Source: Gammaproteobacteria bacterium (GTDB taxonomy: Bacteria; Pseudomonadota; Gammaproteobacteria; Steroidobacterales; Rariloculaceae). From it: a DNA stretch of 64,000 nucleotides. The notes beneath the pieces were generated by a model. It ran no database searches. It was not told the DNA's origin and worked only from the letters and a program-made list of their open reading frames with translations. Positions 1-9,092 of this stretch are shown here, in pieces. Both the position numbers and the translations under genes were made by a program. The stretch is taken from positions 9,504-73,503 of the forward strand of contig DATBLZ010000081.1 in assembly GCA_036555065.1 (NCBI GenBank). The letters run 5' to 3'. Positions within the stretch are counted from its first letter, which is position 1. Every line of letters begins with the position of its first letter.

Positions 1-177
1 CACATCGCCGACATCATCGAACGCGACGGCTTGACCTACTGCAACGACGGCGATTGGGTCGAGAGCTGCACCGCGCTCGTCGAAAGCCCGAGCGGCGAGC
101 TGGCGCTGCGCCAATGGACGGAGCTCGCTACGACTTCCGCGGTGCGCATATCCTCCCCGATTCGAAAAGCCGCCTGA
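1..177 (+). CDS. C-terminal fragment of an unidentified protein (gene begins upstream of the window)
   Basis: Frame 1 is open from base 1 to TGA at 175-177 with strong G/C third-position bias (HIADIIERDGLTYCNDGDWVESCTALVES...). No motif recognised. Track ORF 54..437 is in another frame and looks like a GC shadow ORF. Confidence 0.4.
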   Translation, partial: HIADIIERDGLTYCNDGDWVESCTALVESPSGELALRQWTELATTSAVRISSPIRKAA

Positions 178-235
178 GCTGCGCTTCGCGGCAACCTGGT
201 AGTATGCGCGCGCAAAAGCTTCGGGCTGCGCCTGC

Positions 236-610
236 ATGGCCAATGCGAACAACACGGGTTTCCGCCGCCTCGTCAACGCGACCTTCTTCTCGTTCGCGGG
301 CCTGCGCGCCGCTTGGCGCAACGAAGCCGCGTTCCGTCAAGAGTGCGCGCTCGCAGCCGTGCTCACGCCGGCGGCTTTTTGGGTCGGCCAGACGGCCGTC
401 GAACGATCGCTCTTGGTCGGCACCTGTTGGCTCGTGATCATCGTCGAGCTATTGAATTCCGCCGTCGAAGCCGTCGTCGATCGCGTGGGCACCGATCATC
501 ACAAGCTCTCTGGCCGCGCCAAAGACTTGGGCTCCGCGGCCGTGTTCGTGAGCCTTGTGCTCACGGCGCTCGTCTGGGGCCTCGTGCTCTGGGAACGGTT
601 CGGACGTTAG
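236..610 (+). CDS. dgkA: Diacylglycerol kinase (prokaryotic DgkA family)
   Basis: 124 aa, colinear by eye with E. coli DgkA (GLRAAWRNEAAFRQE, VELLNSAVEAVVDRVG, LSGRAKDLGSAAV). Three hydrophobic helices. Confidence 0.85.
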   Translation: MANANNTGFRRLVNATFFSFAGLRAAWRNEAAFRQECALAAVLTPAAFWVGQTAVERSLLVGTCWLVIIVELLNSAVEAVVDRVGTDHHKLSGRAKDLGSAAVFVSLVLTALVWGLVLWERFGR

Positions 611-1182
611 GTGCCGACGAGCGGCGCAAGACGCAAGCTCATGAAGGCGATCCCGCCGCCGAGCAACGCGCCGGCGGCGACGTCCGTCGGGTAGTGGAGC
701 CCGAGCACGACGCGCGAGAGCGCGACGAGCCCGGTGAAGGCGACGAGGGGCCCAGACCACTCCGGGAAATGGCTCGCCATGAGCATCGTGAACGAGACGG
801 CGTGCAGCGTGTGGCCCGAAGGGAAGCTGTACCGATCGAGCGGGGCAGCCGCGCAGCTGATCGCCGCGTGGGTGATGAAGGGCCGCTCGCGTACTGCGTG
901 CCGCTTGACGATCTTGTAGACCGCCACACCGAACGCGCCCGTCAAAGCCATTTGCGCCGCGGCGATCCATCCCTCGGCGCCGTAGATGACCGGCAGGGCG
1001 GCGATCAACGCGTACCAGATCCACCCGTCGCCGAGCCAGCTCACGGCGCGGAACAGCGTGCGGATCGCGACGAAGCCGCTCGATGAGTTCAGATAGCGGC
1101 AGAACCGGAGCTCTGCCCGGTCAATCCTTTGAAATGCCAGGGCTACGCGTGAGTCCATGCAGGTGCCCCTCGATCGATTCAT
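607..1182 (-). CDS. PAP2-family lipid phosphatase (membrane)
   Basis: Canonical PAP2 tripartite motif: KIVKRHAVRERP, SFPSGHT, SRVVLGLHYPTDV. Multiple TM segments. The start could instead be the internal ATG at 1158. Its stop overlaps the dgkA stop (TTAG). Confidence 0.8.
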   Translation of the reverse strand: MNRSRGTCMDSRVALAFQRIDRAELRFCRYLNSSSGFVAIRTLFRAVSWLGDGWIWYALIAALPVIYGAEGWIAAAQMALTGAFGVAVYKIVKRHAVRERPFITHAAISCAAAPLDRYSFPSGHTLHAVSFTMLMASHFPEWSGPLVAFTGLVALSRVVLGLHYPTDVAAGALLGGGIAFMSLRLAPLVGT

Positions 1183-1315
1183 TCAAGGGCCACAGGTTGC
1201 GCCCGCCACATGACGGTCCGATGGCACTTTGTTTACGTTTTTCTTTCAACATCTGTAGGTTATGGAATCTTCTGTAATGAAAACTTAAGAAAGTCTGCCT
1301 AACCTCCGGGCTCCC

Positions 1316-2428
1316 ATGAAGGTTGCAATCGTCACGGACGCGTGGCGCCCACAGGTCAATGGCGTCGTAACGACCCTGACACGTACGGGCAAATGCCTCG
1401 AAGATTTCGGGCACGAGGTCGTCGCGATTACGCCCGATCAATACTTGACCGTCCCCTGCCCGACGTATCCGGAGATCCGGCTCGCAGTGCTGCCGGGTCG
1501 ACGCCTTGCGGCAACGCTCGAGGATGCGGCTCCGGATGCGATCCACATCGCGACCGAAGGCCCCCTCGGCATCGCGGCGGGGCGCTACTGCGTGCGCGAG
1601 CGATTGGACTTCACGACGTCGTACCACACGCAGTTCCCGCAGTACGTACGCGCGCGGGTGCCGATCCCCGAAGCGTGGTCGTACGCGTACTTGCGGCGCC
1701 ATCACGGCCGCGCGCGGCGCACGCTCGTGGCGACGGAGCACCAGCGCCGCGATCTCGTTACGCACGGCTTTGCCAACGTCGTGATTTGGTCGCGGGGCGT
1801 CGACACCGCGGTCTTCCGCCCTTACGACCGGGACTACTTCGAGTGGTCGCGTCCGATCTGGATCTATGCCGGCCGCGTTGCCATCGAGAAGAATCTCGAG
1901 GCCTATCTCGGCGCGGCCCTGCCCGGCACGAAAGTCGTCGTCGGCGACGGTCCCGATCTCGCGCGGTTGCAGAGCCGGTTTCCGACTGCGCGATTTCTCG
2001 GCTACAAGTTCGGCGCGGAGCTCGCGCGGTGCCTGTCGGCCGCCGATGTCTTCGTGTTTCCAAGCCGCACCGACACTTTTGGGCTCGTCATGCTCGAGGC
2101 CATGGCGTGTGGAACCCCCGTCGCCGCGTATCCCGTCACGGGCCCGATCGACGTCGTCGCACAGGGCCGCACGGGCAGTCTCGACGCCGACCTCGCCAAG
2201 GCGGCCCTCGCGGCGCTGTCGATCTCGCGCGACGAGTGTCGGCGCGCAGCTCTCGAGCGGACCTGGGAACGCGCGACGCGGCAGTTCGTGTCGCATCTCG
2301 TCCGCGCCGACGGCGCCGGGGACTTATGGCCGACAAAAAAAATGCCCGGTGGGGTGACCGGGCAAGTGTCCGGGGCGCCTGGGGAGGGCGAACCCTGGAA
2401 TGCTTCCCAGTCTAGTCATCGAACGTGA
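1316..2428 (+). CDS. GT-B fold glycosyltransferase (family 1/4 type)
   Basis: 370 aa. N-terminal MKVAIVTDAW.PQVNGV and C-terminal FVFPSRTDTFGLVMLEAMACGTPV nucleotide-sugar binding signature. An AT-rich divergent promoter region lies upstream (about 1230-1300). Confidence 0.8.
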   Translation: MKVAIVTDAWRPQVNGVVTTLTRTGKCLEDFGHEVVAITPDQYLTVPCPTYPEIRLAVLPGRRLAATLEDAAPDAIHIATEGPLGIAAGRYCVRERLDFTTSYHTQFPQYVRARVPIPEAWSYAYLRRHHGRARRTLVATEHQRRDLVTHGFANVVIWSRGVDTAVFRPYDRDYFEWSRPIWIYAGRVAIEKNLEAYLGAALPGTKVVVGDGPDLARLQSRFPTARFLGYKFGAELARCLSAADVFVFPSRTDTFGLVMLEAMACGTPVAAYPVTGPIDVVAQGRTGSLDADLAKAALAALSISRDECRRAALERTWERATRQFVSHLVRADGAGDLWPTKKMPGGVTGQVSGAPGEGEPWNASQSSHRT

Positions 2429-2556
2429 ACGTTTTCTGAACAGGCGACGGCCGCGACCTGCCGCCGGCGCTCTTCTCTGGTGCAGGAGCCGCGGACTGCG
2501 CCTGAATACGGTGCACGCAACCTGAAGGCACCGCCGCGTTTAGAGCTTCGCGGGGC

Positions 2557-2572
2557 TGGCACGGGGTTTGCT
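2557..2572 (+). promoter_or_regulatory. Candidate sigma-54 (RpoN) promoter, -24/-12 type
   Basis: TGGCAC-GGGGT-TTGCT matches the TGGCAC-N5-TTGCW consensus. It lies about 210 nt upstream of the S41 peptidase ATG in the largest intergenic gap. Confidence 0.5.
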
Positions 2573-2781
2573 TAAGCAGAAGCGGGCAGGGTCGGCCGGT
2601 GCTCTCCAGAATCCCCCTCCCCCACGATTTCGGATACCGGCCGCTTCTGCCCTCCAACCCCCCAAAACGCCTGCGCACCGAGTGTCGACTGCGTCACAGA
2701 ACGCGGGGTACGTGCCGTCCCGCCGTAGGCACCCCAGTAAGGATGCGATAACCTTCCGTACACGGGAGGTGCGCACAGTCC

Positions 2782-4350
2782 ATGCCCCGTCTTGCCACGT
2801 TGTCGATGATCGCGTTCGCGGGTCTGCTCGCCGCCTGCAAAGGCAGTGATGACGACGGCGGCTCGACTCCCCCGGCCGCGTCCGGCTGGACGGCGGGTGT
2901 TTTTCAGCCGGCCGCGAACTTCGATGCGGAGTGTGCATCTCCGCGCCTCGGCATCGATCCCGAGACGCAGATGCCTTACCTCGACGTCCAGGGCTCGACG
3001 GTCGACGAGAACAATTGGCTGCGCTCGTGGAGCAACGACCTATACCTTTGGTACAACGAGATCGTCGACCGTGATCCCGGGCTCTACTCGACGAGCGCCT
3101 ACTTCGACCTGCTGAGGACGGAGCAAACGACCGCCTCGGGCGCGCCGAAGGACAAGTTCCACTTCACGTACACGACCGACGAATGGCGCGCTTTGTCACA
3201 ATCGGGCGTCGTCGCAGGTTATGGCGTCGAATGGGTCATCCTCGCAGGCGCACCGCCGCGCAATGCCGTAGTCGCGTATATAGAGCCCAATTCGCCGGCG
3301 GCGGCCGCAAGCATCGCGCGCGGCGCACGCTTGCTCCAGGTCGACGGCGTCGATTTCGTCAACGGCCCGACACAAGCGAACGTCGATACGATCGTCGCCG
3401 GCCTTTATCCGGAGAATGCCAACGAGAACCACACCTTCCAGATTCAGGACCTGTCCGGCACGATACGGACCGTCAATCTGACGTCGACGAACGTGACGCT
3501 GACGCCCGTGCAGAACGTGCGCACGATCGCGACGCAGACGGGACCCGTCGGCTACCTGCTCTTCAACGATCACATCTTGACGGCCGAGCAAGGGCTCATC
3601 GATGCGATCACGACCCTCGACAACGCCAACGTCGTCGACCTCGTGCTCGACATCCGCTACAACGGCGGCGGCTATCTCGCAATTGCGAGTGAACTTGCGT
3701 ATATGATCGCGGGGCCCGCGCAAATCCAGGGGCGCATTTTCGAAGACATCCGCTTCAACGCGAAGCATCCGAGCACGAACCCCGTGACGGGCCAGCCGCT
3801 ACAACCGTTCCCGTTCGCGGATACGACCGTCTTCGCGAACCCCGTACAGCTGTTGCCGACGCTCGGGCTGCAGCGCGTGTTCGTGCTCACGGGTCCGAAC
3901 ACCTGCTCGGCGAGCGAGTCGATCATCAACAGCTTGCGCGGCATCGGCGTCGAGGTCGTGCAGATCGGCTCGAAGACGTGCGGAAAACCCTACGGCTTCT
4001 ATCCCGAAGACAACTGCGGAACGACGTATTTCACGATTCAATTCCAAGGCGTCAATGCGCTCGGATTCGGGGACTATGCCGACGGCTTCTCGGCGCAGAA
4101 CTCGGTGGGCACGCAGACGACGCCGATTCCCGGCTGCTCGGTCGCCGACGACTTCACGCACGCGCTCGGCGATGCCAACGAGTCGCGGTTTGCGGCGGCG
4201 CTCGCTTATCGCACCGGCGGCCAGGCGTCGTGCCCCGCGCCGTCGGGCCTCGGCGGCCCGGGGATGTCGAAGCCGAGCAACGCACTCGCTGCGGCCGAGG
4301 GCGAAATCCGCAAATCGCCGTTGCGCGAGAACCGCATTCTCTTGCGCTGA
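2782..4350 (+). CDS. S41-family (C-terminal processing peptidase-like) lipoprotein
   Basis: Lipobox LLAAC at the N-terminus. Ser/Lys dyad context GPNTCSASESIINSL and GSKTCGKPYGF, plus IRYNGGGY. SD-like GGGAGG lies upstream. Confidence 0.75.
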   Translation: MPRLATLSMIAFAGLLAACKGSDDDGGSTPPAASGWTAGVFQPAANFDAECASPRLGIDPETQMPYLDVQGSTVDENNWLRSWSNDLYLWYNEIVDRDPGLYSTSAYFDLLRTEQTTASGAPKDKFHFTYTTDEWRALSQSGVVAGYGVEWVILAGAPPRNAVVAYIEPNSPAAAASIARGARLLQVDGVDFVNGPTQANVDTIVAGLYPENANENHTFQIQDLSGTIRTVNLTSTNVTLTPVQNVRTIATQTGPVGYLLFNDHILTAEQGLIDAITTLDNANVVDLVLDIRYNGGGYLAIASELAYMIAGPAQIQGRIFEDIRFNAKHPSTNPVTGQPLQPFPFADTTVFANPVQLLPTLGLQRVFVLTGPNTCSASESIINSLRGIGVEVVQIGSKTCGKPYGFYPEDNCGTTYFTIQFQGVNALGFGDYADGFSAQNSVGTQTTPIPGCSVADDFTHALGDANESRFAAALAYRTGGQASCPAPSGLGGPGMSKPSNALAAAEGEIRKSPLRENRILLR

Positions 4351-4353
4351 GCC

Positions 4354-4731
4354 ATGCACCGTGTTTCCGCCGCATTCTTGGCGCTCGCGATCGCGGCGGG
4401 TTGCGGTCATCTCGCCGCGGACGAGGAACGCCCGGCCGTGCTCGTCGCTCCGACCGACGCGGTCCGCGCGGAGCTGCGCGCCGCGCTCACGGCTGCACTC
4501 GGCCAAGCGCCGGTCGCGATCGCGGACGATGCGCTCACGCAGACCTACGTGCTCATCATCGACCGCGCGCCGGTTCGCGAGCTCGAGAATCGGCCGCTCG
4601 ATGGGCGCGTCCTCGAGTCGACGGCCGAGCGCTTCGAGCTCGTTTTGACGTCGGGCGAATGCGTGCTGCGAAGACCCAGCGACTCATGGCACATGCGGCT
4701 CGCGAGCGCGACCTGCAGATCGATGTACTAG
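4354..4731 (+). CDS. Small lipoprotein of unknown function, co-transcribed with the S41 peptidase
   Basis: 125 aa, lipobox IAAGC. Starts 4 nt after the S41 stop. Good GC3 codon bias. No recognisable domain. Confidence 0.5.
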   Translation: MHRVSAAFLALAIAAGCGHLAADEERPAVLVAPTDAVRAELRAALTAALGQAPVAIADDALTQTYVLIIDRAPVRELENRPLDGRVLESTAERFELVLTSGECVLRRPSDSWHMRLASATCRSMY

Positions 4732-5669
4732 TCCACCAACTGCTTCGCTTCGGCGGTGCCGAGGATTTCCGGGTGCTTGAGACGCCGCGGCCGGCTGAGC
4801 ATTGGATGCACGAGCACGGCGCCGAGAATGATCACTACGCCGAAATAGAAGAACGGCGTTAGCTCGCGCTGCTCGCCGAGCAGCACGATCGCGAGCACGA
4901 TCGCATATACGGGCTCGAGGCTGACCGCAAGCTGTGCCGCGAAGGCACTCATGTGCCGCAGCGCCACGAACGACAACGCAAACGGCAAGAGCGTGCACGC
5001 GAGCGCGAGCGTCGCGAGCAGCAGCAGGTCGCGCTGTCCGGGGACGGCGAATACGTCGCCGGCAAACGGCGGGAACAAAAGCGGCATCAAAGGCGCAAGC
5101 GCAGTCAGCACGAGCACGCCCGCGCCGAGCTCGAGCGCCGTGACGGTCAGCGGCTCGCCATGATGGACGAAGCGTTTGTTGAGCGAACCGAAAATCGCCA
5201 CGAGCAGCGCCGACAATGCGCCGACGGCGATGCCGAGCCGCATATTCGCCGGCACGCCGCCCGTGACGAGCGCGACGCCCGGCAGCACGGCAATGCCGAG
5301 CGCCAAATCGCGCCGCGAAAAACGCCCGCGCGTGAGCCAAGGCTCGACGAGCGCGGTGAATACGGTCGCAAGTGCAATGCAGGTCGCGGCAACCGAGGCA
5401 TTGGCGAGCTTGATCGCGCCATAGAACGTGAGCCAATGGAGCGCGACGATTCCGCCGATGCCCGCGTACGCCAAGCAAAGCCGCAGCGACATCGTGCGCA
5501 GCGCGCGCCAGACGCGCGGCACGAACACAAGCACGATGACGACCAAGACCATGCGCCACCAGACGAGGGGTAACGCCGGCAGTGTGATGAGCTTGCCGAG
5601 GATTGCCGTGAATCCCCACAGCAGCACGCAGAAATGGATCTGCAGCTGGGCTTTCGTGGCCGCGTTCAT
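4728..5669 (-). CDS. EamA/DMT-superfamily transporter
   Basis: 313 aa, about 10 hydrophobic helices with a two-EamA-repeat layout. N-terminus QIHFCVLLWGFTAILGKLI is typical of the family. Confidence 0.8.
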   Translation of the reverse strand: MNAATKAQLQIHFCVLLWGFTAILGKLITLPALPLVWWRMVLVVIVLVFVPRVWRALRTMSLRLCLAYAGIGGIVALHWLTFYGAIKLANASVAATCIALATVFTALVEPWLTRGRFSRRDLALGIAVLPGVALVTGGVPANMRLGIAVGALSALLVAIFGSLNKRFVHHGEPLTVTALELGAGVLVLTALAPLMPLLFPPFAGDVFAVPGQRDLLLLATLALACTLLPFALSFVALRHMSAFAAQLAVSLEPVYAIVLAIVLLGEQRELTPFFYFGVVIILGAVLVHPMLSRPRRLKHPEILGTAEAKQLVD

Positions 5670-5725
5670 GTCGTGACGTCAGCGAGGTTGCCGAGGCTCG
5701 TGCCAACGTTCATCATCCGGCGAGC

Positions 5726-6709
5726 ATGTCGGCAAAGCAATCATCCGCGCTCGAATCGACGAAGAAGCTCGCAATCCTCGATGACTACGAGCACACGGCG
5801 CTCGCGATCGCAGATTGGTCGCCCATCGCAGGCGACGTTGAGATTACCGTGTTCCACGATCATCTCGCCGACGAGACCGCGCTCGCCACGCGCCTCAGAC
5901 CCTTTCACGTGATCTGCATCATGCGCGAGCGCACGCCGTTCCCGCGCTCACTGCTCGAGCGCCTCCCGAATCTCGCGCACCTCGTGACCTCGGGTATGCG
6001 GAACCTCTCGCTCGATCTTGCGGCCGCCAAGGACCGGGGCATCGTCGTCACGGGCACACCGATCCTGCCGTATCCGGCCGCCGAGCACACGTGGGCGCTG
6101 ATTCTCGCACTCGCGAAGCGCGTCCCTGCCGACGACCGCAACGTGCGCGCGGGCCACTGGGGCACGGCGCTCGGCGTCGGCCTCAACGGGAAAACGCTCG
6201 GCATAGTAGGTCTCGGCAAGCTCGGCGCCCAAGTCGCGCGCGTCGGGCTCGCGTTCGGCATGCGCGGCATCGCATGGAGCCCGAACTTGACGCGCGAGCG
6301 TTGCGCAGAAGCCGGCGTCGAGCTCGTGCCGAAGGAGACGCTCTTCAGCGAGGCGGACTTCATCACGATTCACTTGCAGCTCAGCGCGCGCAGCCGCGGG
6401 CTCATCACGGCGGCCGATTTCAAGCTCATGAAGCCGACCGCGTTCCTGATCAACACGAGCCGCGGCCCGATCGCCGACGAGGCCGCGCTCGTCGCCGCGC
6501 TCGAGCAAGGCGCCATCGCCGGCGCCGGGCTCGACGTGTTCGACGTCGAGCCGCTGCCGAGCGACCATCCGCTCCGGCGCCTGCCGAACACGGTCGTGAC
6601 CCCGCACCAGGGCTACGTGACCGTCGAGAACTATCGCTCGTCGTTCGCGGGCGCCGTCGCCAACGTGCGCGCGTGGCTCGACGGCCGGATCGTCAATTCG
6701 TTGCTGTAG
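5726..6709 (+). CDS. D-isomer-specific 2-hydroxyacid dehydrogenase (NAD-binding)
   Basis: GKTLGIVGLGKLGAQVAR Rossmann motif, INTSRGPI, GAGLDVFDVEP, and catalytic His context VTPHQGY. Confidence 0.85.
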   Translation: MSAKQSSALESTKKLAILDDYEHTALAIADWSPIAGDVEITVFHDHLADETALATRLRPFHVICIMRERTPFPRSLLERLPNLAHLVTSGMRNLSLDLAAAKDRGIVVTGTPILPYPAAEHTWALILALAKRVPADDRNVRAGHWGTALGVGLNGKTLGIVGLGKLGAQVARVGLAFGMRGIAWSPNLTRERCAEAGVELVPKETLFSEADFITIHLQLSARSRGLITAADFKLMKPTAFLINTSRGPIADEAALVAALEQGAIAGAGLDVFDVEPLPSDHPLRRLPNTVVTPHQGYVTVENYRSSFAGAVANVRAWLDGRIVNSLL

Positions 6710-6711
6710 AA

Positions 6712-6736
6712 TCGCGGCTAAAGCCGCTCCCACAAG
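6712..6736 (-). repeat. REP-like palindromic element, copy 1 (consensus CTTGTGGGAGCGGCTTTAGCCGCGA, minus orientation)
   Basis: TCGCGGCTAAAGCCGCTCCCACAAG lies between the dehydrogenase stop and the sGDH start. It contains the hairpin GCGGCT-TTA-AGCCGC. The same unit recurs at 8044, 33410, 51664 and 52277. Confidence 0.7.
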
Positions 6737-6766
6737 AGAAGTAACTTCCTCCGATAGGAGACATTA

Positions 6767-8041
6767 ATGACGTTTCGCCGATCGGCGTTTCTCGGAGCGC
6801 TCGCTGTTTGCGCGTGCGCAGCGCGTGCGCAGACGCCTGAGCCCACGCCCGCGTTCGCGGGGCAAACGGACGCGCCGCCCGCGCGCGAGTCCGCGTACCA
6901 AGTCGACGTCATTACGGATCAGCTCACGGGCCCGTGGGCCGTCGCGTTCCTCCCCGATGGCAATTTCCTCGTCTCGGAGCGGCGCGGCACGCTGCGGACC
7001 GTGACCCCGGATGGCAGAATCTCGGAGCCGATCACAGGCGTCCCGCCCGTCAAAGTCGTCGCGGCACAGAGCTTTCACGAGATCGTGCTCGACCCGAGCT
7101 TCGCCGCGAACCGCCTCGTGTACTTCACCTACTTTGCGCCGCCGAAGGGCGAGGCGCCGCGCGAGTGGCCGATCGAGCACTTTTACAACGAAGTCTGGGA
7201 CAAAACGCTCGCCGAGCGCCGCGTGCTCGATCTCGGCACGGAGACGGTCGCGCGCGCGCGGTTGAGCGAGGATAACCGGCGCCTCGAGAACCTCGACGTC
7301 ATCGCCGAGAGCCGCGTCGAGCGGCGCATCGTCTTCGCGCCCGACGGCACGCTGTTCGTCACGGGCGCCGACGCGTTTCGCTTCTACGACAGCGATCTCG
7401 ACAGCCTCGAGCATTCGACGCCGCTCGAGCCCGACGTGCGGCGCAACTTCACGGGCCGCGTAATCCGCATCAACCCCGACGGCACGATCCCTAAGGACAA
7501 CCCGTGGCTCGGCCGCGCGACCGTCGATCGCGCGACATTCGCGCACGGCTTCAAGGATCCCGAAGGCGCGGCGATCAATCCCGCGACCGGCGAGCTCTGG
7601 CTCGTCGACCACGGCCCGCAAGGCGGCGATGAGATCAACATCGTGCGCGCGGGTCGCGATTACGGGTGGCCCGAGGTTTCCTACGGCGTGCAGTACGACG
7701 CGCGCCAGGCCGACGGCCGCAAGAACGTGCCCGTCGGCTCCGGACGCACGGCGATGGAGGGTGTCGAGCAGCCGATCTACTACTGGGTTCCGTCGATCGC
7801 GCCGTCGGGCATGGCTTTTTACACGGGCGATCTATTCCCCGAGTGGCGCGGCAACCTCTTCGTGGGCGCGATGGCGGGCCGCCACCTCGTGCGCCTCGTG
7901 CTCGAAGGCGAGCGCGTCGTCGCCGAGGAAAAGCTGCTCGAGGAGCTCGACACGCGCATCCGCGAGGTCCGCCAGGGCCCGGACGGCGCGCTGTACGTGC
8001 TCGCGACGAACTTGCTGCTGCGCTTGGTACCGTCGCGCTGA
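6767..8041 (+). CDS. PQQ-dependent soluble sugar (glucose/sorbosone) dehydrogenase, periplasmic
   Basis: Signal peptide, GPQGGDEINIV, YGWPEVSYG and YYWVPSIAPSG motifs of the sGDH beta-propeller family. A paralog lies at 34303-35496. Confidence 0.8.
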   Translation: MTFRRSAFLGALAVCACAARAQTPEPTPAFAGQTDAPPARESAYQVDVITDQLTGPWAVAFLPDGNFLVSERRGTLRTVTPDGRISEPITGVPPVKVVAAQSFHEIVLDPSFAANRLVYFTYFAPPKGEAPREWPIEHFYNEVWDKTLAERRVLDLGTETVARARLSEDNRRLENLDVIAESRVERRIVFAPDGTLFVTGADAFRFYDSDLDSLEHSTPLEPDVRRNFTGRVIRINPDGTIPKDNPWLGRATVDRATFAHGFKDPEGAAINPATGELWLVDHGPQGGDEINIVRAGRDYGWPEVSYGVQYDARQADGRKNVPVGSGRTAMEGVEQPIYYWVPSIAPSGMAFYTGDLFPEWRGNLFVGAMAGRHLVRLVLEGERVVAEEKLLEELDTRIREVRQGPDGALYVLATNLLLRLVPSR

Positions 8042-8043
8042 TC

Positions 8044-8128
8044 GGTGGGAGCGGCTTTAGCCGCGAACTGCACTACGATGGTGCATAAATCCCTCCGCGG
8101 AGGGCTCGGACGCTTCCGCGGAAGCGTC
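8044..8128. repeat. Cluster of three palindromic units (BIME-like): REP copy 2 plus two further hairpins
   Basis: GGTGGGAGCGGCTTTAGCCGCGAA (8044-8067), CCCTCCGCGGAGGG (8091-8104) and GACGCTTCCGCGGAAGCGTC (8109-8128). A relative of the second unit (CCCTCCGCAGAGGG) occurs at 48491-48504. Confidence 0.7.
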
Positions 8129-8223
8129 TCTTGAGAAGTTACTTGAGGTTCGTTCAGGTTCGCCCTCGGGCCTGGATATCGACCTCTTTATACTGCCGTG
8201 CGACGACCGACCTGGGGGAACGC

Positions 8224-9087
8224 ATGAGGAAACCTTACAGCTTTTCGATCGCGGTGCTGGTGCTCGCTGCTTCGCCCTTCGCCGCGCGCGCCGAGCTCTC
8301 GAACCATGAAGCCCCCATCATCGTCGGCCACTATCACTTGAACGTCACGAGCATCGAGGAGCACAAGCGCTTCTGGGTCGATACGCTCGGCGGCACTGCG
8401 ACAAAGATCGGCGGCGTCGACGTCATCGAGTTTCCGGACGTCTATCTCTTCTTGCGGGAGCAGCCGCCGACGGGCCCCACGCGCGGCACGACGCTCGATC
8501 ACATCGGCTTCGCGGTGCCCGACGTGCCGGCCTTGACGACGAAAGTCGTTGCCGCCGGCTACGCGCTCACGGTCGGCCGTGAGCCCGCGCCCGGAGAGAC
8601 CGCAAGCCCGCCGACCGCGGGCAATTACGGGCGGTTCTCGTACCTCGTCGGCCCCGACGGCGTCAAAGTCGAGCTCGTCACGAGCATGGCGGAGAACCCG
8701 CCGCCGATCGTGCATCATCACGTCCACTTCGTGAATCGCGATTTCGTAGCGATGCAGCAGTGGTACATGAAGGCGTTCAACGCGACGCTGCGCCCCGGGC
8801 AAACCGACTTCTTCATCGGCGCGGACCTGCCCGGCGTCGGCTACATGCTGAACTTCTTCAGTTGGCTGCCGGATGAGAATCTCGTCGGCACGGCAGGTCG
8901 CGCCGTCGACCACGTGGGCTTCGAGGTCCGCAATCTCGAGCGCTTCTGCGCGGAGCTCGAGGCCAAAGGCCTCTCGCTCACTTCACCTTACGAACGTTCG
9001 GCCGAGACCGGCCTTGCGCATGCCACGCTCACGGACCCGTGGGGCACGGTCATCGAGCTCACGGAAGGTCTGCGCGGCGCGCGCTGA
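8224..9087 (+). CDS. Exported two-domain VOC (glyoxalase/dioxygenase-fold) protein
   Basis: The ATG at 8224 has an upstream GGGGGAA and yields signal peptide MRKPYSFSIAVLVLAASPFAARA. There are two repeated VOC-like modules (HYHLNV...LDHIGFAV and HHHVHF...VDHVGFEV). The track ORF start at 8131 is a TTG extension. Confidence 0.65.
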   Translation: MRKPYSFSIAVLVLAASPFAARAELSNHEAPIIVGHYHLNVTSIEEHKRFWVDTLGGTATKIGGVDVIEFPDVYLFLREQPPTGPTRGTTLDHIGFAVPDVPALTTKVVAAGYALTVGREPAPGETASPPTAGNYGRFSYLVGPDGVKVELVTSMAENPPPIVHHHVHFVNRDFVAMQQWYMKAFNATLRPGQTDFFIGADLPGVGYMLNFFSWLPDENLVGTAGRAVDHVGFEVRNLERFCAELEAKGLSLTSPYERSAETGLAHATLTDPWGTVIELTEGLRGAR

Positions 9088-9092
9088 CGTTC

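Noticed and set aside
607-610. Overlapping convergent stop codons of dgkA and the PAP2 gene (TTAG). Other convergent overlaps occur at 4728-4731, 37708-37733, 49441-49502 and 60313-60316.
   Set aside because: These reflect compact genome organisation. They may allow transcriptional interference, but nothing in the sequence shows a specific regulatory function.
1222-1236. Sigma-54-like TGGCAC-TTTGT-TTAC upstream of the glycosyltransferase gene.
   Set aside because: The -12 element is TTAC rather than TTGC (the conserved GC is lost). The site sits in an AT-rich divergent promoter where a sigma-70 promoter is more likely. I kept it only as a weak possibility.
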